A DNA stretch of 64,000 nt from Flectonema sp. DT1601 (taxonomy: Eukaryota). A program made the translations under genes and the position numbers. The notes beneath the pieces are model-generated. The model did no database searches, had not been told where the DNA came from, and saw only the letters and a program-made list of their open reading frames with translations. Positions 21,836 to 33,849 of the stretch are shown one piece after another. Numbering within the stretch: position 1 is the stretch's first letter; each line of letters opens with the position of its first letter. The DNA is taken from NCBI GenBank assembly GCA_964019425.1, contig OZ025795.1, positions 496,001 to 560,000 on the forward strand, written 5' to 3'.

Positions 21836-23140
21836 ATGAACGGCATATCCGTAACTCTTACTGTTAAACGTGTAGAGGGAATAGGAGTGTTTCCCAATGT
21901 GAAAACCTTCGCAGCCGTTTTAGAAATAGTAGGAGCCCCCTGCTCACAACGAACGAAGAATTCCGATTCCGAGGGAGATATCGTCACCTGGAATGAAAAA
22001 TTTAGATACGGATTACTTCCAGGAAATGGATTCGCTTGTCAGATAAGTCTAATTGACGGGACTACCATGGCAATACTAACACAGGCGACATTGATATTGC
22101 CTCCCTCAGATATAAATAATAATATAAATAAGAATAAAAATTATCACCTGAAAGCCTTAGATGCGATACTGGTATTGAAGATTAATTTAACTAAAATACC
22201 AATTCAGAATTCGGAAAGTGAAAACGTTGTTGCTCCTCCGATTAAAAAGGTATCACCCAAACGAGAACGAGGGAGGTCTACATCAGTTGAACAAGAGGTA
22301 AACGAAGACTACACAGCAGCGAGTATCCTCGCAGAGGAAGTTGCATTGTTACGAGCTGAAGTGATTGATATGAAGAACGTCGTGCTGTCAACTGATAATC
22401 AACGTCCACAAGAACAACTTCGATCACAATATTGTAATAAGTGTGGTGTCGTTGCAGAGTCTGATGCTCGTTTTTGTTGGGATTGCGGAACAGAACTCCC
22501 TCTTCTTGCCAGAGTTACAGCTGCTCATCGAAGTGTTCCTCATGTTAAGAGATCGTTATCCCCAGTTCGAGTCTCGGGGTATTCTGGTTTTGTTGATCAT
22601 CACGTTTGGGGTAGTGGGAGTGCACCTGCGACGCTACCACTTCTTCCACCACCACCTCCTCCTCCAGCTGCTTTACAAAGCCAGTACACTTCTAATGAAA
22701 GATACGTACCTGTCGTGAATCCACCTGTTGTGAATCCACATGTCGTGAACCCAACTCAGGGTGCAATCAATACTGCTGCTCGACTTGTTCATGAGAGACG
22801 TGTCGGGAGACACACGCCTGTTATAAATCCAACTCAGTCACCAACTGTAAACAGACTAGTTGATTTCCATGATGAAAAACCCCGCGGATTTCCAATTCAT
22901 ATATCAATACCTGACAATGTTCCTGCTCCAGTTGCACGTCTTAATGCAAGTCGTATTCTTGAACGTGAGGCATCAATCGCTAGATCGCAGTTGCCAAGAT
23001 CGTCTCCGTCACCTCCGAGATCGTCATCACCGCGTCACTTTATTGCATCGGGGTATCGTGGGGGGACTCGAACTGGACTGAAACCAACTCCTTTTGGTAT
23101 TCACGATGCCTCTGTTGAGATTATTAGAAATTATCGCTGA
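21836..23140 (+). CDS. Protein with N-terminal C2-like domain, zinc ribbon and Pro-rich tail
   Basis: LTVKRVEG...RTK....VTWNEKF.Y (C2-like), YCNKCG...ARFCWDCGTEL zinc ribbon, low-complexity C-terminus. Confidence 0.7.
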   Translation: MNGISVTLTVKRVEGIGVFPNVKTFAAVLEIVGAPCSQRTKNSDSEGDIVTWNEKFRYGLLPGNGFACQISLIDGTTMAILTQATLILPPSDINNNINKNKNYHLKALDAILVLKINLTKIPIQNSESENVVAPPIKKVSPKRERGRSTSVEQEVNEDYTAASILAEEVALLRAEVIDMKNVVLSTDNQRPQEQLRSQYCNKCGVVAESDARFCWDCGTELPLLARVTAAHRSVPHVKRSLSPVRVSGYSGFVDHHVWGSGSAPATLPLLPPPPPPPAALQSQYTSNERYVPVVNPPVVNPHVVNPTQGAINTAARLVHERRVGRHTPVINPTQSPTVNRLVDFHDEKPRGFPIHISIPDNVPAPVARLNASRILEREASIARSQLPRSSPSPPRSSSPRHFIASGYRGGTRTGLKPTPFGIHDASVEIIRNYR

Positions 23141-23440
23141 AATTTATATCGCTACTCTGTTTGTAAAATAAAAAGCTACTTATAGATTCTAGTTAGCTAG
23201 TGACAGGGGTACGCAATCGAATCGCGTTTTTTTTTTCTTTCTTTCCCTGTATCCTTATTTGTTTTTTTGCGAACGTTACATCTGTTATTATTTTGAAAAA
23301 AAAAAAAAAAAAAGGAAGATGGTTATTATTATTTTTTACAACAGCTCACAGCAACAATCTCACTTACAATACCAAATTATATCGTTTTTGTGAAATGTTG
23401 AAATTAAAACAATTATTCAGAAATAATATTAAACAATGAG

Positions 23441-23998
23441 ATGTTAAAAAGAATTCAGGGAGGCAACTCTGATGCAGCTGCTGTCGAAGAATTAGTATCT
23501 CAAGAAAAAGTTTGTTGTGTAAAAATAAAAGGATTGATAATAGGTCAAGCACCAGGACCAAATAATGGTAAGAAATATCCTTTAACAGGTGATGGTGAGA
23601 AACGACTTGCTAGACTTTGTGGATATCGAAACTCATCAGAGCTGTGGAGATATTTTGATCGAATCAACCTACTTGATGAGTTCCCTGGAAGACAACGTAG
23701 CGGAGGTGGTGATCGATTCCCAGCAAGAGAAGCACGTGAAGCAGCTTCAAGAATAGTTCTAACCAGTAGACCTGTTGTGTTTTTACTTGGTCGTGGTGTA
23801 GCCAAAGCCTTTGGACTCTCACTTGGCCTTCTACAAAGAAAACACAACATCATCGTCTTACCTCATCCTTCGGGAGTAAACCACTTTTGGAATGAAGCAT
23901 CCGCCACTGCTGTTGTCGCAGTCACAGTTCGAAATACTCTCCGAAGTTCTAGTCTTCTTCCGTCTTTGAAATCTTTACAACAGAACTCCTCGGACTAA
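23441..23998 (+). CDS. Uracil-DNA glycosylase superfamily protein, bacterial/phage-like
   Basis: Motif 1 IIGQAPG, INLL..FPG, VVFLLGR.VA, motif 2 LPHPSGVNHFW. Confidence 0.8.
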   Translation: MLKRIQGGNSDAAAVEELVSQEKVCCVKIKGLIIGQAPGPNNGKKYPLTGDGEKRLARLCGYRNSSELWRYFDRINLLDEFPGRQRSGGGDRFPAREAREAASRIVLTSRPVVFLLGRGVAKAFGLSLGLLQRKHNIIVLPHPSGVNHFWNEASATAVVAVTVRNTLRSSSLLPSLKSLQQNSSD

Positions 23999-24115
23999 AC
24001 TAACTCATGAAATCGATCGGCTTATTTTAGATACGATTATTTATTTTATGATTTTCATCCTCTCTTTATATTTATTATTTTTATTAAATCAGAACCAATT
24101 CGATGATACAATAAG

Positions 24116-25906
24116 ATGATCGATCATCAGGTAAGTAATCCCACTGAGAATACTCCAAGACGATGGTGTCCGTGGTGCAGTCAGCCAGCGTTAGTGGGAA
24201 CAGCAACACCATCGTCGATATTGCAATTGGAGTATGAGAAGAAGTTAATGATTTTACAAGAGAAGAAAGCAACGATACTGTTACAGTTGGTTGATATTAC
24301 TAATAACAGTCATAGGATTATTCATCAGAGTAGTCCTGATGTGAGAGACAGTTGTCGATCACTTCACAGACAGCTAGAATCACTTCAGGACCTGTTACGC
24401 TATGATAGTGACGCATCCGTATCGACTACCAGTAGTATCGGATATGAAGAAAGCAGTACCCCTGGTAAGTTACAACGACCTAATTATCTTGCTGCTTGGG
24501 GTTCTACTAGTGGATCACCACTACCAACACCTAGAATGTTATCACCAATATCACACCATAGTGTTTCTAATGAAGGTGATGATAATATTACTAATGCTGA
24601 TCAATGGGAAGAACACGAAATCAATGCATCAGAGTATCGCATCGGAGAAGATGTTTTCGTCCTTCGAAATGAAGGCTGCTGGTCACCCTGTACTGTCAGT
24701 AACATAACAAAAAAAAACACATTCATCCTCACGGGAGAGGATTCTGTTGGCAGTTTTACGAAATTAATTTCATCAAAAGATTGTTCTCGTTTTATGAAAC
24801 CATCGACTGGCTGTGAATCACAACCGAGTGGTGAGAATGTTAGCTCAGTTGTGTCTGAGCCAACGTGTCGTTCTGTTGAAGTGTCGTCGTCGGTTAAAAG
24901 AAAAGGAACCAGGATCCGTGGAGTGGCAACTGCAAAGATGGTTTCGCGTAAGAGAAAAGGATCAGAAGTTAAATCAAACCAACTTTCAACTACGGAAACT
25001 CTCTCTGAATCTGATCGAAAAAGATTTAAACAACTTGAGAAGAGTATTCGATCTGGAGCCGTATCATCAGCAATGAAATTGTCGAATGCTTTACAGAGCG
25101 TTGAGGGATTTCCTAATTTCATTGTTGGAGAGAACTCAAAACAAACTCTACTACACGTGGCGGCTTGTGGAGATGCTTTTTCAACGAGTGATGGTAAAGT
25201 AGTTCTTCAGAAATTATCAACACCTCAAACATTAGAAGCTCGTGATTGTAATGGCGACACTCCTTTATTAGTAGCAACACGAAAGAATCGTTGTTCTATG
25301 GTTCAAGTTTTACACCGAATAGGAGCAGATCCAGATGTTGTTGATACGAATGGTGTTGGTTGTCTTGGCATCGCATCTTCGAGTCAAACATTCGCAAACA
25401 AGTCTGGAAACACTGCATTCTCACTGTTGGTAACTGAGAATAGCATTCGTTATAAAAATCAACAAAAACAAACACCTCTCATGGTAGCTATCCATGAAGG
25501 ACATCCAGAGTTAGTTCGAATTATTACGAGACCGAGTAAACATTCAACTGTGATAGATGATCCAGAACCTCATTACGATATTATCTTTTCAAAGAAGGAA
25601 AGAATCGGAGAGTGGGCTGCTCTTCTCATGGAGTGGGGTGTTTCAGTCGAACTGGTGACAAAGAAAATGGGACAAACTGCATATGAAAAAGCGATCAAAA
25701 GAGTTGGTAACCTCAACACACGAAGTAAGACAAGTGTTTATGATGTCGCTACGTGTCTTCAAAAGTGTTCTGGTCTTTCTGGTAGACGAAGTCAGTCTAT
25801 TAGACGCTGTAGTTGGGAGACGGCAATTCAATCAGTACCTCCACAGCCGTTGATGACGACTGCTGATCAGATGTCAGAACTGTCTTTATATCGACTTGGT
25901 GATTGA
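24116..25906 (+). CDS. Ankyrin-repeat protein
   Basis: QTLLHVAA, GDTPLLVA....MVQVLHRIGADPD, QTPLMVAIHEGHPELVRII, GQTAYEKA. Confidence 0.8.
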   Translation: MIDHQVSNPTENTPRRWCPWCSQPALVGTATPSSILQLEYEKKLMILQEKKATILLQLVDITNNSHRIIHQSSPDVRDSCRSLHRQLESLQDLLRYDSDASVSTTSSIGYEESSTPGKLQRPNYLAAWGSTSGSPLPTPRMLSPISHHSVSNEGDDNITNADQWEEHEINASEYRIGEDVFVLRNEGCWSPCTVSNITKKNTFILTGEDSVGSFTKLISSKDCSRFMKPSTGCESQPSGENVSSVVSEPTCRSVEVSSSVKRKGTRIRGVATAKMVSRKRKGSEVKSNQLSTTETLSESDRKRFKQLEKSIRSGAVSSAMKLSNALQSVEGFPNFIVGENSKQTLLHVAACGDAFSTSDGKVVLQKLSTPQTLEARDCNGDTPLLVATRKNRCSMVQVLHRIGADPDVVDTNGVGCLGIASSSQTFANKSGNTAFSLLVTENSIRYKNQQKQTPLMVAIHEGHPELVRIITRPSKHSTVIDDPEPHYDIIFSKKERIGEWAALLMEWGVSVELVTKKMGQTAYEKAIKRVGNLNTRSKTSVYDVATCLQKCSGLSGRRSQSIRRCSWETAIQSVPPQPLMTTADQMSELSLYRLGD

Positions 25907-26927
25907 ACGTCTCGTCTTCACATCGTTACTAGTTTAGTTCACCACTTCAGCACTCTCCTTCACTCTTTTTTTTGGTAGTTAATGTTTTTATTGTGTTGTG
26001 GTGTTTGTTTTGGTTTGTGTTTTTATTTTTGTTGCAAAAAAAAAGAAATCGAGCAAAAAAAAAAAAAAATTAGTGAGGGCTAACTCCTCCCATCCCCACT
26101 ATAAATTTGTGTTACGTTTCCTATTCTCCTTTTCAACAGTTTTCTTTTAGAAGCCTTAGTTTTTACTCCTAGGAGTTGACTTCTTTGATTTGCTGCAAAC
26201 ACTTTTACCACCGAATACTCGTTCTTTCTGGTGAAGCGCGCGCTGCGTATTATCAAGGCTTACCTTTCCCCTCCTTTTGATGGAATGATTGTTGAAAGTA
26301 AGCAATCCTTTCTTGTGATCATCATCTTCATCTTTTTTTTGTTTTTACAAAGTGGTCTTTGAGAACACTTTCGATAGTGCTTTTAATTCTCATCAATTCC
26401 ACGAGAGACTGTTTTCTCGTAAAATTGACATCTCAGACTTCGATAGTTTTATAACTACGTTATGTGAAGTAGTACGTTGTTCTTATATATTCTCACTAAA
26501 AGAGTATTGCTGTAAAAAATGAATCTTTGCGGATACTGTTTTCCTCGTGAAGTATTAATTTATCTGTCTTCGAATATTAGTTTTTAGCTGAGTGCCTTAT
26601 CCATTCTGGTATAGTGTTGAAAAAATAAATAAAAGTGATAACCTGTACCTCTTTTCCCTTGTCTTGGATGGTTGATAATTGCGAGACTTAAAAAAAAAAA
26701 AAGAGGTTTCCATTTTTTTGATCTGTTAAAATGAGTTGTTTAGTATTTCCATTTACACCTTCCCCATTTCTCTGTTATTTGTCGACACCTTTGGTGGAAA
26801 TCGTCTTTGCTAAGGCGCCGTATCTCTGACTGTCGTTTTTTTTTTTGTTTTGTTTTTCCCCAATAAATTTCTTTCTCTCTTCAAAACACAACACTAGTAA
26901 TAGCATAATATTATCGACTATGTGAAA

Positions 26928-28427
26928 ATGAGGCCACTCAGACCAAGACAACTGGCCAGAATGAAAGGAAGTTTGATAGGTACGGAGGTACCAAATTCAG
27001 ACAGCAACTCTGCGAAGTATCTTTTCAGAAGATACTTGTCAATAATTGAGAGGGCTTCTGCTGACAGAGTCAGAGTAGAAATCGAACGTGAGGTTGAGAG
27101 GTTAGTTGAAGCTAGTGCAGCAGGCAGTGAAACACTATCCACAGCACTAATAATGATATCACACGCTAAAGGAGGTAAACGAAGTGGCCAGGTATTACAA
27201 AAATGGATTAGAAGCGGCGTACCCAACATTGACGCTTCAGCTTGTCTTTCTGTCTTGTACCACACCACTGGAAGGGTAACACAACATGTTCAGTCTCAGA
27301 ATAAAAATATTATCTCAAAAAGTAGTTCTAAAAATCATTTTGTTACAGCTCTTCACCTTGCTCGTGGTACTGGTATTCAAAAGGGAATAACACGCTACAA
27401 TATGATAATCAAACAAGGATATATCCCTAGTCGCTCAGATAAATACAGCCTTATACGATGCTGCAGAAATGCTACGGAAGTAGAAAGCGCTTTAGCCATT
27501 CTCAACATTTCAATGCCGTTGTGTGAAAATAGTGATACTCAGGTGCTTCTCAGTGTGGCTCAGTGTGTGAGTTATGATAAGGTTAAAAGGTTGTTTCGAT
27601 TTTTTTTGAAACAAAAAAAAACTGATGAATTTGATATTATTCCCGAGACCCCGTTTGAAATGTTAGTTGAAAAATACTCCGACAAACAGCATGCGTCTCG
27701 TCCAGATTTTGACTTGACCTTGAAATGGAGTTCTGTGTTGTTGTCGTCTTTGTATAAAGAAGATCCTACCAACTGGGAATTGCTACAAGAACACTACGCA
27801 TCATTCATTACTTGCGCCTCTCAGACTTGTAAAGACAGTGAAACAGGAGAAGGAGTCACAAGATCACTTAATTACTTACTAGGACATTCCTACTGTCATG
27901 TTTTGATGTTAATGGCGGGTTTGCGGAAGGTCGATAGTTTGAATTCCACTGACAGTATTGACAAGTCAGCTATTAAATCTGTTGTGAAATATTGTGAAAA
28001 GGTCTTTCAGTCTGCGATGGCTGATGCTCGAAGCTGGATAATAATGTTTAAAATATACAAAGCATCAGGTATGAGAAAAAGATCACTTGTTCTGGGAAGG
28101 TATCGAATGACTAGAGGAAGACCTTCTCAGGAAGTTCTCTCTGCGTATGTCGATGCGACTCGTGGTGTTCCTCGAAGGGAAGTTCCAATCTCTCCGGCAA
28201 TTCGCGGCGTTTTTCCAAAGACCGCAATGAGCAAGATTCTCACACCTCCAGGTAATGTAACAAAACCTTTTCTTCCTTGGAAAGCAGGTGAGCGTCCAAC
28301 AGAAATACCACACGCTGCGAAGAAAGAAATACAAAAACAACAAACATGGCAACGCAAACTCCGACGACACAGACTACTTTTCGACCATTCAAGTGATCTC
28401 AATAAAAACCGCGCCAACCATCTCTGA
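26928..28427 (+). CDS. Hypothetical basic, helical protein (possibly mitochondrial)
   Basis: ~499-aa stop-free ORF with coding-like composition and Arg-rich N-terminus; no family recognised. Confidence 0.65.
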   Translation: MRPLRPRQLARMKGSLIGTEVPNSDSNSAKYLFRRYLSIIERASADRVRVEIEREVERLVEASAAGSETLSTALIMISHAKGGKRSGQVLQKWIRSGVPNIDASACLSVLYHTTGRVTQHVQSQNKNIISKSSSKNHFVTALHLARGTGIQKGITRYNMIIKQGYIPSRSDKYSLIRCCRNATEVESALAILNISMPLCENSDTQVLLSVAQCVSYDKVKRLFRFFLKQKKTDEFDIIPETPFEMLVEKYSDKQHASRPDFDLTLKWSSVLLSSLYKEDPTNWELLQEHYASFITCASQTCKDSETGEGVTRSLNYLLGHSYCHVLMLMAGLRKVDSLNSTDSIDKSAIKSVVKYCEKVFQSAMADARSWIIMFKIYKASGMRKRSLVLGRYRMTRGRPSQEVLSAYVDATRGVPRREVPISPAIRGVFPKTAMSKILTPPGNVTKPFLPWKAGERPTEIPHAAKKEIQKQQTWQRKLRRHRLLFDHSSDLNKNRANHL

Positions 28428-28654
28428 GTGAATTTAATAAAAGGCATGCGCTCAGCCGATCCTTTTAACCTGTTTAGCCAAAGTTATGTTCGTTTATTTT
28501 ACTTTCTTTATACAGCTCCTGTATCGTTGTAAAATATCTCATAGAGAAGTATTCGCATTGATAGATGACGGCGTGTTTTATTAATTACATCTCTTGAAAT
28601 AGGAGTTTGTTGAAACAGATATCAAAACAAACGAACACCAACAACAACATTAAA

Positions 28655-29902
28655 ATGTCCGACACTGACAGCTACAGTGAGAACTATTCGATGGATGATT
28701 TCGAGGGGCCTTCGCAGCCACCAACTCCTGTTCCAGAGGAGACAAAAGAAGAAAAACAAGCGGAGGATGTAGAGGCTGAACCGACGAGAGAACAAGAAAA
28801 AAAACCAATAGTTGCACCACTGCTGCCGATAGATTCAGACAGTGAGACTGACAGTAACTCTCCGAGACCGTCGACTGGAAATTCGAGAAATGTCTCTCGA
28901 CCAGTCTCAGCAGAACCAAAACGAGAAGCAAAGATTGAAGACAGTCCTGGTGCACAAAGCCAACCAACCCCAACAAAGAAGAGACCTCCACTACAGCATC
29001 CTGCCTTAGAACATGCTAGTGAAGAAGAGCTTCAACAAATCCGAACACTGAAAGCTGCTAATGAAGAACTCAGACAACAGTTACTACAGCTGAATAGTCA
29101 ATTGGATGACGCTTTAAATAAAAGAGGTGAAAAGACGGTTCAAATCACCCGAATTCACAGACAGGCTGCAGCCAAAGACGCCAACGGTGAGATCAACGAC
29201 GTTGAAAAACTTCATCAGGAAATTGAGAAAATGAGAAAATTGAACACGAGATTACATGAAAAACTTAGACAGAGTGACGCGATTGGTCGTCTCAACGAAC
29301 TTACGAACATACTAAATGAAAAAACGAGAGAAGTAGACCAGGCTAAAGAAGAACACAGATCATTAGAAAACATCGCAAAGCATCAGCAAAAGAAATTAGC
29401 TGTCGTTCAAGACGTTGAGGATCGTATTGAAGCCGCTCGCTATCAGCACCATACTGAAATGAAAGAAATTAAAGACAAAGTAATGAAGTTAAAACACTGC
29501 AAAGACTCGGATGACAAATTAATTAAACAACAACAACAACAAATAAACCTGTTACAGATGAAGATAAGAGCCTCATCAGCATCAAAAGTAAACCCAAAGT
29601 CTCAAGCAGACCTAGAACAGCGATTCACTGAGAAGTCACATCAAGTTGAAAAACTTCGTTATAAAGTTAATGAATTGACGAAATCGAATGATGCAGAAAA
29701 ACGTCGAATTCACACGCAGATGAAGGGACCGTCTTCGGAGTTGCGTTCTCTTCAGAGTGAAGTGGAACGTCTCCGATCAGAGTTGAAGGCTCAAGATGAA
29801 CAAGATTTCATCTCATCACCACAAAGACGTAAAGAGACAGATCATCCTTCTTCTAGATCTCCTTCAAAGGGACGACGTATCTCAGAACCCAGATCAAAGT
29901 AG
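28655..29902 (+). CDS. Coiled-coil protein (cytoskeletal/flagellar-type)
   Basis: Acidic/Pro-rich N-terminus then long E/K/Q/L heptad region. Confidence 0.75.
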   Translation: MSDTDSYSENYSMDDFEGPSQPPTPVPEETKEEKQAEDVEAEPTREQEKKPIVAPLLPIDSDSETDSNSPRPSTGNSRNVSRPVSAEPKREAKIEDSPGAQSQPTPTKKRPPLQHPALEHASEEELQQIRTLKAANEELRQQLLQLNSQLDDALNKRGEKTVQITRIHRQAAAKDANGEINDVEKLHQEIEKMRKLNTRLHEKLRQSDAIGRLNELTNILNEKTREVDQAKEEHRSLENIAKHQQKKLAVVQDVEDRIEAARYQHHTEMKEIKDKVMKLKHCKDSDDKLIKQQQQQINLLQMKIRASSASKVNPKSQADLEQRFTEKSHQVEKLRYKVNELTKSNDAEKRRIHTQMKGPSSELRSLQSEVERLRSELKAQDEQDFISSPQRRKETDHPSSRSPSKGRRISEPRSK

Positions 29903-30858
29903 AGAAATCAAAACACACGGTATGATAATCATTACTATAAAAATGATTGAATTAGTTAACAGAACACTGAATCAATTTCCAAAACAGGTTGTTGTTCCTT
30001 TCTTCGTATGCTTTCTGTTGGATGTGAAGGATAAAAGAATGATTAGCATGACAGCTGTTTCTGATTTGGTATTTCTTTTTCTGTGTATTTACTTTTTGTT
30101 GTATTCTTGAGAGGATAATAAAATAGCAACAACAACAACAACAACAACAACAACTGTTGGGTGCGGCACAACGTTAAGTCTTTTTACTCTAAAGTAATAC
30201 CAGACTGTCTATTCGTGTAAAACAAACCCCATCCTCTCTTCACTTCGAATCTTTTTTGATTCGATGCTCGTTTGATAAAGATCTCTGCCAGCTGCAGCTG
30301 TCACTATTTGGAGAAAAGTTCCTCAAAGCTTCCAACAAGTAAATGTTTGTTGTTATTCTTTATGTTGAAAGGTTGTTGGTTTCTCTGGTTCGCATAGCTT
30401 TCCATTATACTTACTTAGTGAAGCGAAAATAATTCCCCTCCCGTCCTTTTTTGTTCTTGTTTGGGAGTTGAATTGGTGTGAAGTTGTTAGGGGAAAAAAA
30501 AAAAAAAAAAAAGCTTTTTTTAAAGCAAACTGTGCTGTCAAAGAAGAGCAATTCAGAAGATTTTTTGTCGTCTGGAGCCTGCAAAGGCTTCCTCAATTTC
30601 AGTTTTTTTTCCTTTTTTTGTGTACTACGGAAGCTTCTCTCGTGAGAGAGTCATTCATTATGTACGTGCGATTTTCGACTTTCACTTTCCTTGTGTCAGT
30701 CGTACCTTACTATAATCATCAGCTATTTGAAAGCTTCTTGACAATTGAAAGTAAAACTTTACTTTTCCTGGTTGGAAGCCAGGCCCTGAACTTATTGAAG
30801 AGCGGGTTAAGAAAAAGAGAATCGGCCAGCTTCTTCTCACACTTCTGTTTTATTTGTA

Positions 30859-30932
30859 CGCAACCGGTACGAAAACCTAACAAGGGAATGGGTTAGTTAC
30901 GCTGCCACAATTCTCTTTCTACCGAACAATAG
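30859..30932. repeat. Dispersed ~75-bp repeat, copy 2
   Basis: Near-identical core to 11980-12056, same orientation. Confidence 0.8.
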
Positions 30933-31181
30933 GTTTGCAGGTACAAAAAAAAATGAAACAAAAATCCTCTACGTTGAGTTTGCAAAGTGCAAGCAACCTT
31001 ATGTTGACGTGTGCTTCGGTTCAAAAAAAAAAAAAAAGACCTCCCCTGCCGTTTGTTTCTTCTGTTCTGTTTGTTTATGTGCGAGTTAGTTTTCCCATGT
31101 CGGGAAAAAAAAAAAAAAAAAAAACTTAAAAAAAAATTGATAATTTCTTACCCTTCTTTAAGAAGTTATCATCGCACTAAA

Positions 31182-32616
31182 ATGGCACTTGTGGAAGTGA
31201 ACACGGAGGTCATTGGTGATCTTGACAGAGAGGTTGACTTAAGCGTCAAGGAAGTAACACGTGAACTACAGACCTTAGACAGAGAGCTTAACGATGCCCA
31301 CAAAGAGAAGGGTCTACTTGACACCGCATTGATGCTTTCAGAGCTTCAAATTATAAAATTAAAAGACTACAACCGACTAAACGCAGCAAAGCCTGATCCT
31401 GAGGTGCGCATTATTATTATAACCTGATGATGGTTTTTTATTTTATACAAATAATTAGTAACATAACAAAAAAAAAAAATGTAAAACAAACAGGTCGCTG
31501 CTAAGTTGCAAGACCTTCGCAACCAACTTCGTGAATTGAGAGAAAAGAAACACAAGCAAGCTGATGCGGTGTGTACTTTATGTAATATTATTATTGTCTC
31601 ATATAAAAAAAGAAAGTAAATCAAAATAATGAAACAAACAGGCTAAGAGAACTGTTGTGGCACAGTACGAAAAGAAAGTTCATCGCCTCGAAGAATTAAA
31701 AGCAATGTTGGAAGAGACAAAAGTAAAAACAAACTGGGCAGCAATTTCAAAAGGGCATCAGGGAAACAGAGATCATTTGGGACAAGAAAACAAACTCCGT
31801 GAATTAAAAACAGCTCTATCAAAGTTGGAAGACGAACAGCAAATTCAAAGACAGCTCACGACTAGAAAAACAGAACTAATCGAGCAGTTGAGTAAAAGAA
31901 TCATGGCGTTAAGAGACGTCCAGGTTACTCTTGATGACTTAAAAACAAATTTAAAAGATAAGGAATCCGTTAAAATCGACCTACTGGACGAACTCCGCAC
32001 TCTCGACAGAATCTTCCACAAGAAGGAATGTTTAATCAAAGATCTGAGAACCGAAACTGATGTCAAAGATCCTGCTCGCATCAAGCGTCTTGAATCTGAC
32101 AAGAAGGTATTGCAGTATGAAATTACTAAACACAGTGAAGGTCGTCGATCAAATGATAAAACTATTCAAGCTCAGCATCACAGAATTAAGTCTCTTGAAG
32201 CAAAACTTCACGCGATAGCAGTAGCATTGAAAAGCAGCCGCCGTAGAGACCAAACTGATGACGAAATTCTAAAGTACAGACCAAAGATCAAGGACGTTAC
32301 CCAAGACTACATAGACGCTCTTTCATACAACGTTGCTCAATCTGAATTAGAAAGATCACGTACTACTATTGAAACCAAGGACGTTGCTCTCATGCAAAAA
32401 GATTGCCTCATTGAGGGTCTTGAGAGAAAGACTCAGGTCTTAGTCTCAGCAAGAGATATCCTTATGCGTAAATTGAAGTTGGAAACAAACGAAAAAGAAC
32501 GCATTAAGCGTGAGTACCTCTCTGCTATCGACCGTGAAGAAGAAGACCACGAACAGCAAAAATCTCGTCTTCGCAAAGACTACCTAGAGTACGAAACTAT
32601 GCGTAAGAGACATTAG
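31182..32616 (+). CDS. Coiled-coil protein (3 exons: 31182-31403, 31494-31568, 31642-32616)
   Basis: Two phase-0 GT-AG introns (31404-31493, 31569-31641, both ending AAACAAACAG) join three segments into one continuous coiled-coil frame. Confidence 0.8.
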
Positions 32617-32636
32617 GCTTCTGATGGACAGTTTTT

Positions 32637-32672
<36 letters not shown>

Positions 32673-33849
32673 TCCCTTTTCTTGCGAGCTAAATTCTTTT
32701 ACTTTCATCCGGTACTGAGTGGTGCGAAAAAAAAAAAAAAAAAAAAAAACGAAAAAAAAACGGAACAAGAAAACAAAAAGAAAGAACCCACAGTGTTTCA
32801 CCCCATCCCCCGATCTGTACATCCAGATAAGTACCCTGTAGCAGCTTGTGTTAAGAATGTGCTTCGATTTTTTACAAGCAGTCTTCTTTAGTGGTCACTG
32901 GTTTCTGGTGAGTAGGTTGGACTTCATCAGTATTAGTGATTTCTGTTTTAAAAAAAGAAGAAAATTGCGATGAGACGTAGACGCTAAAAGCTGAATTGAC
33001 AATTTCTATTAAAAAAAAAAAAAAAAAAGAAATAAGAAAAACAACCAGCTCAGGTCATTACTGTTTACAAATCTCTAAAATACGACACATAATCGATGAG
33101 GGGGTAATTATATCGCCGTTCACAAGTTTTGCGTTCAGACTAGTTTCTTTTGTATTTGTTTTTTTTTCTTTGTGAGTGCTACTCCCAGTGTGGGAATCAG
33201 TTCTAGTGTTTCCATGTCACTTTTTTTTTACAAGGAAAACCTTTTGTTTTTTTTCTTTCTCTCGATCTCTTTTCCCCCAATCGCCCGTTTTTACATAAGA
33301 TGGCACCCCTTCAACATGATTGACCATATTTTTTGTATTCGTACTAGTTGGAAAGAGAACAATGCAAAACAAAAAAATGCATTTTTATAATTTAGTGTTA
33401 ACTGTCTTGATGGTTTCTTTCTTTTTATTTTATTGTCTTTGTCTTGTTCGCTCTGCTTCCGTCAGAGGAGGAGGAGGAGAAGCTCTGTATGTCCTTGTCC
33501 TGTGAAAAAAAACATTAGGGCACTTGTACCTCCCCCGCCCCTATTTCAGTTTAGCCAGTTTCAAGTTATACCCGACTCATGAAATCGAGTTTCGAGGTGG
33601 GGATAACACAGAGCAAACGGAATGAAATAAAAAAACAGAAAGGGAAGAAACAAAAAAAAAAACAAAGTAATATTAAAAAGCATAGTTCTCACTACATTAC
33701 GACTTCTTCTTGTATCCTGAAGCTCTTTTTTTGCAAACGGTTATTTGTTCGTTCTTTCTTGGGGTAGTTTTTGTGCAGTCTTGTGTTTGAGGAGTGTTTG
33801 TTTTCTTCACATTAGCCTACTATTACATTCGTTCAGTTTTTTAATAACA

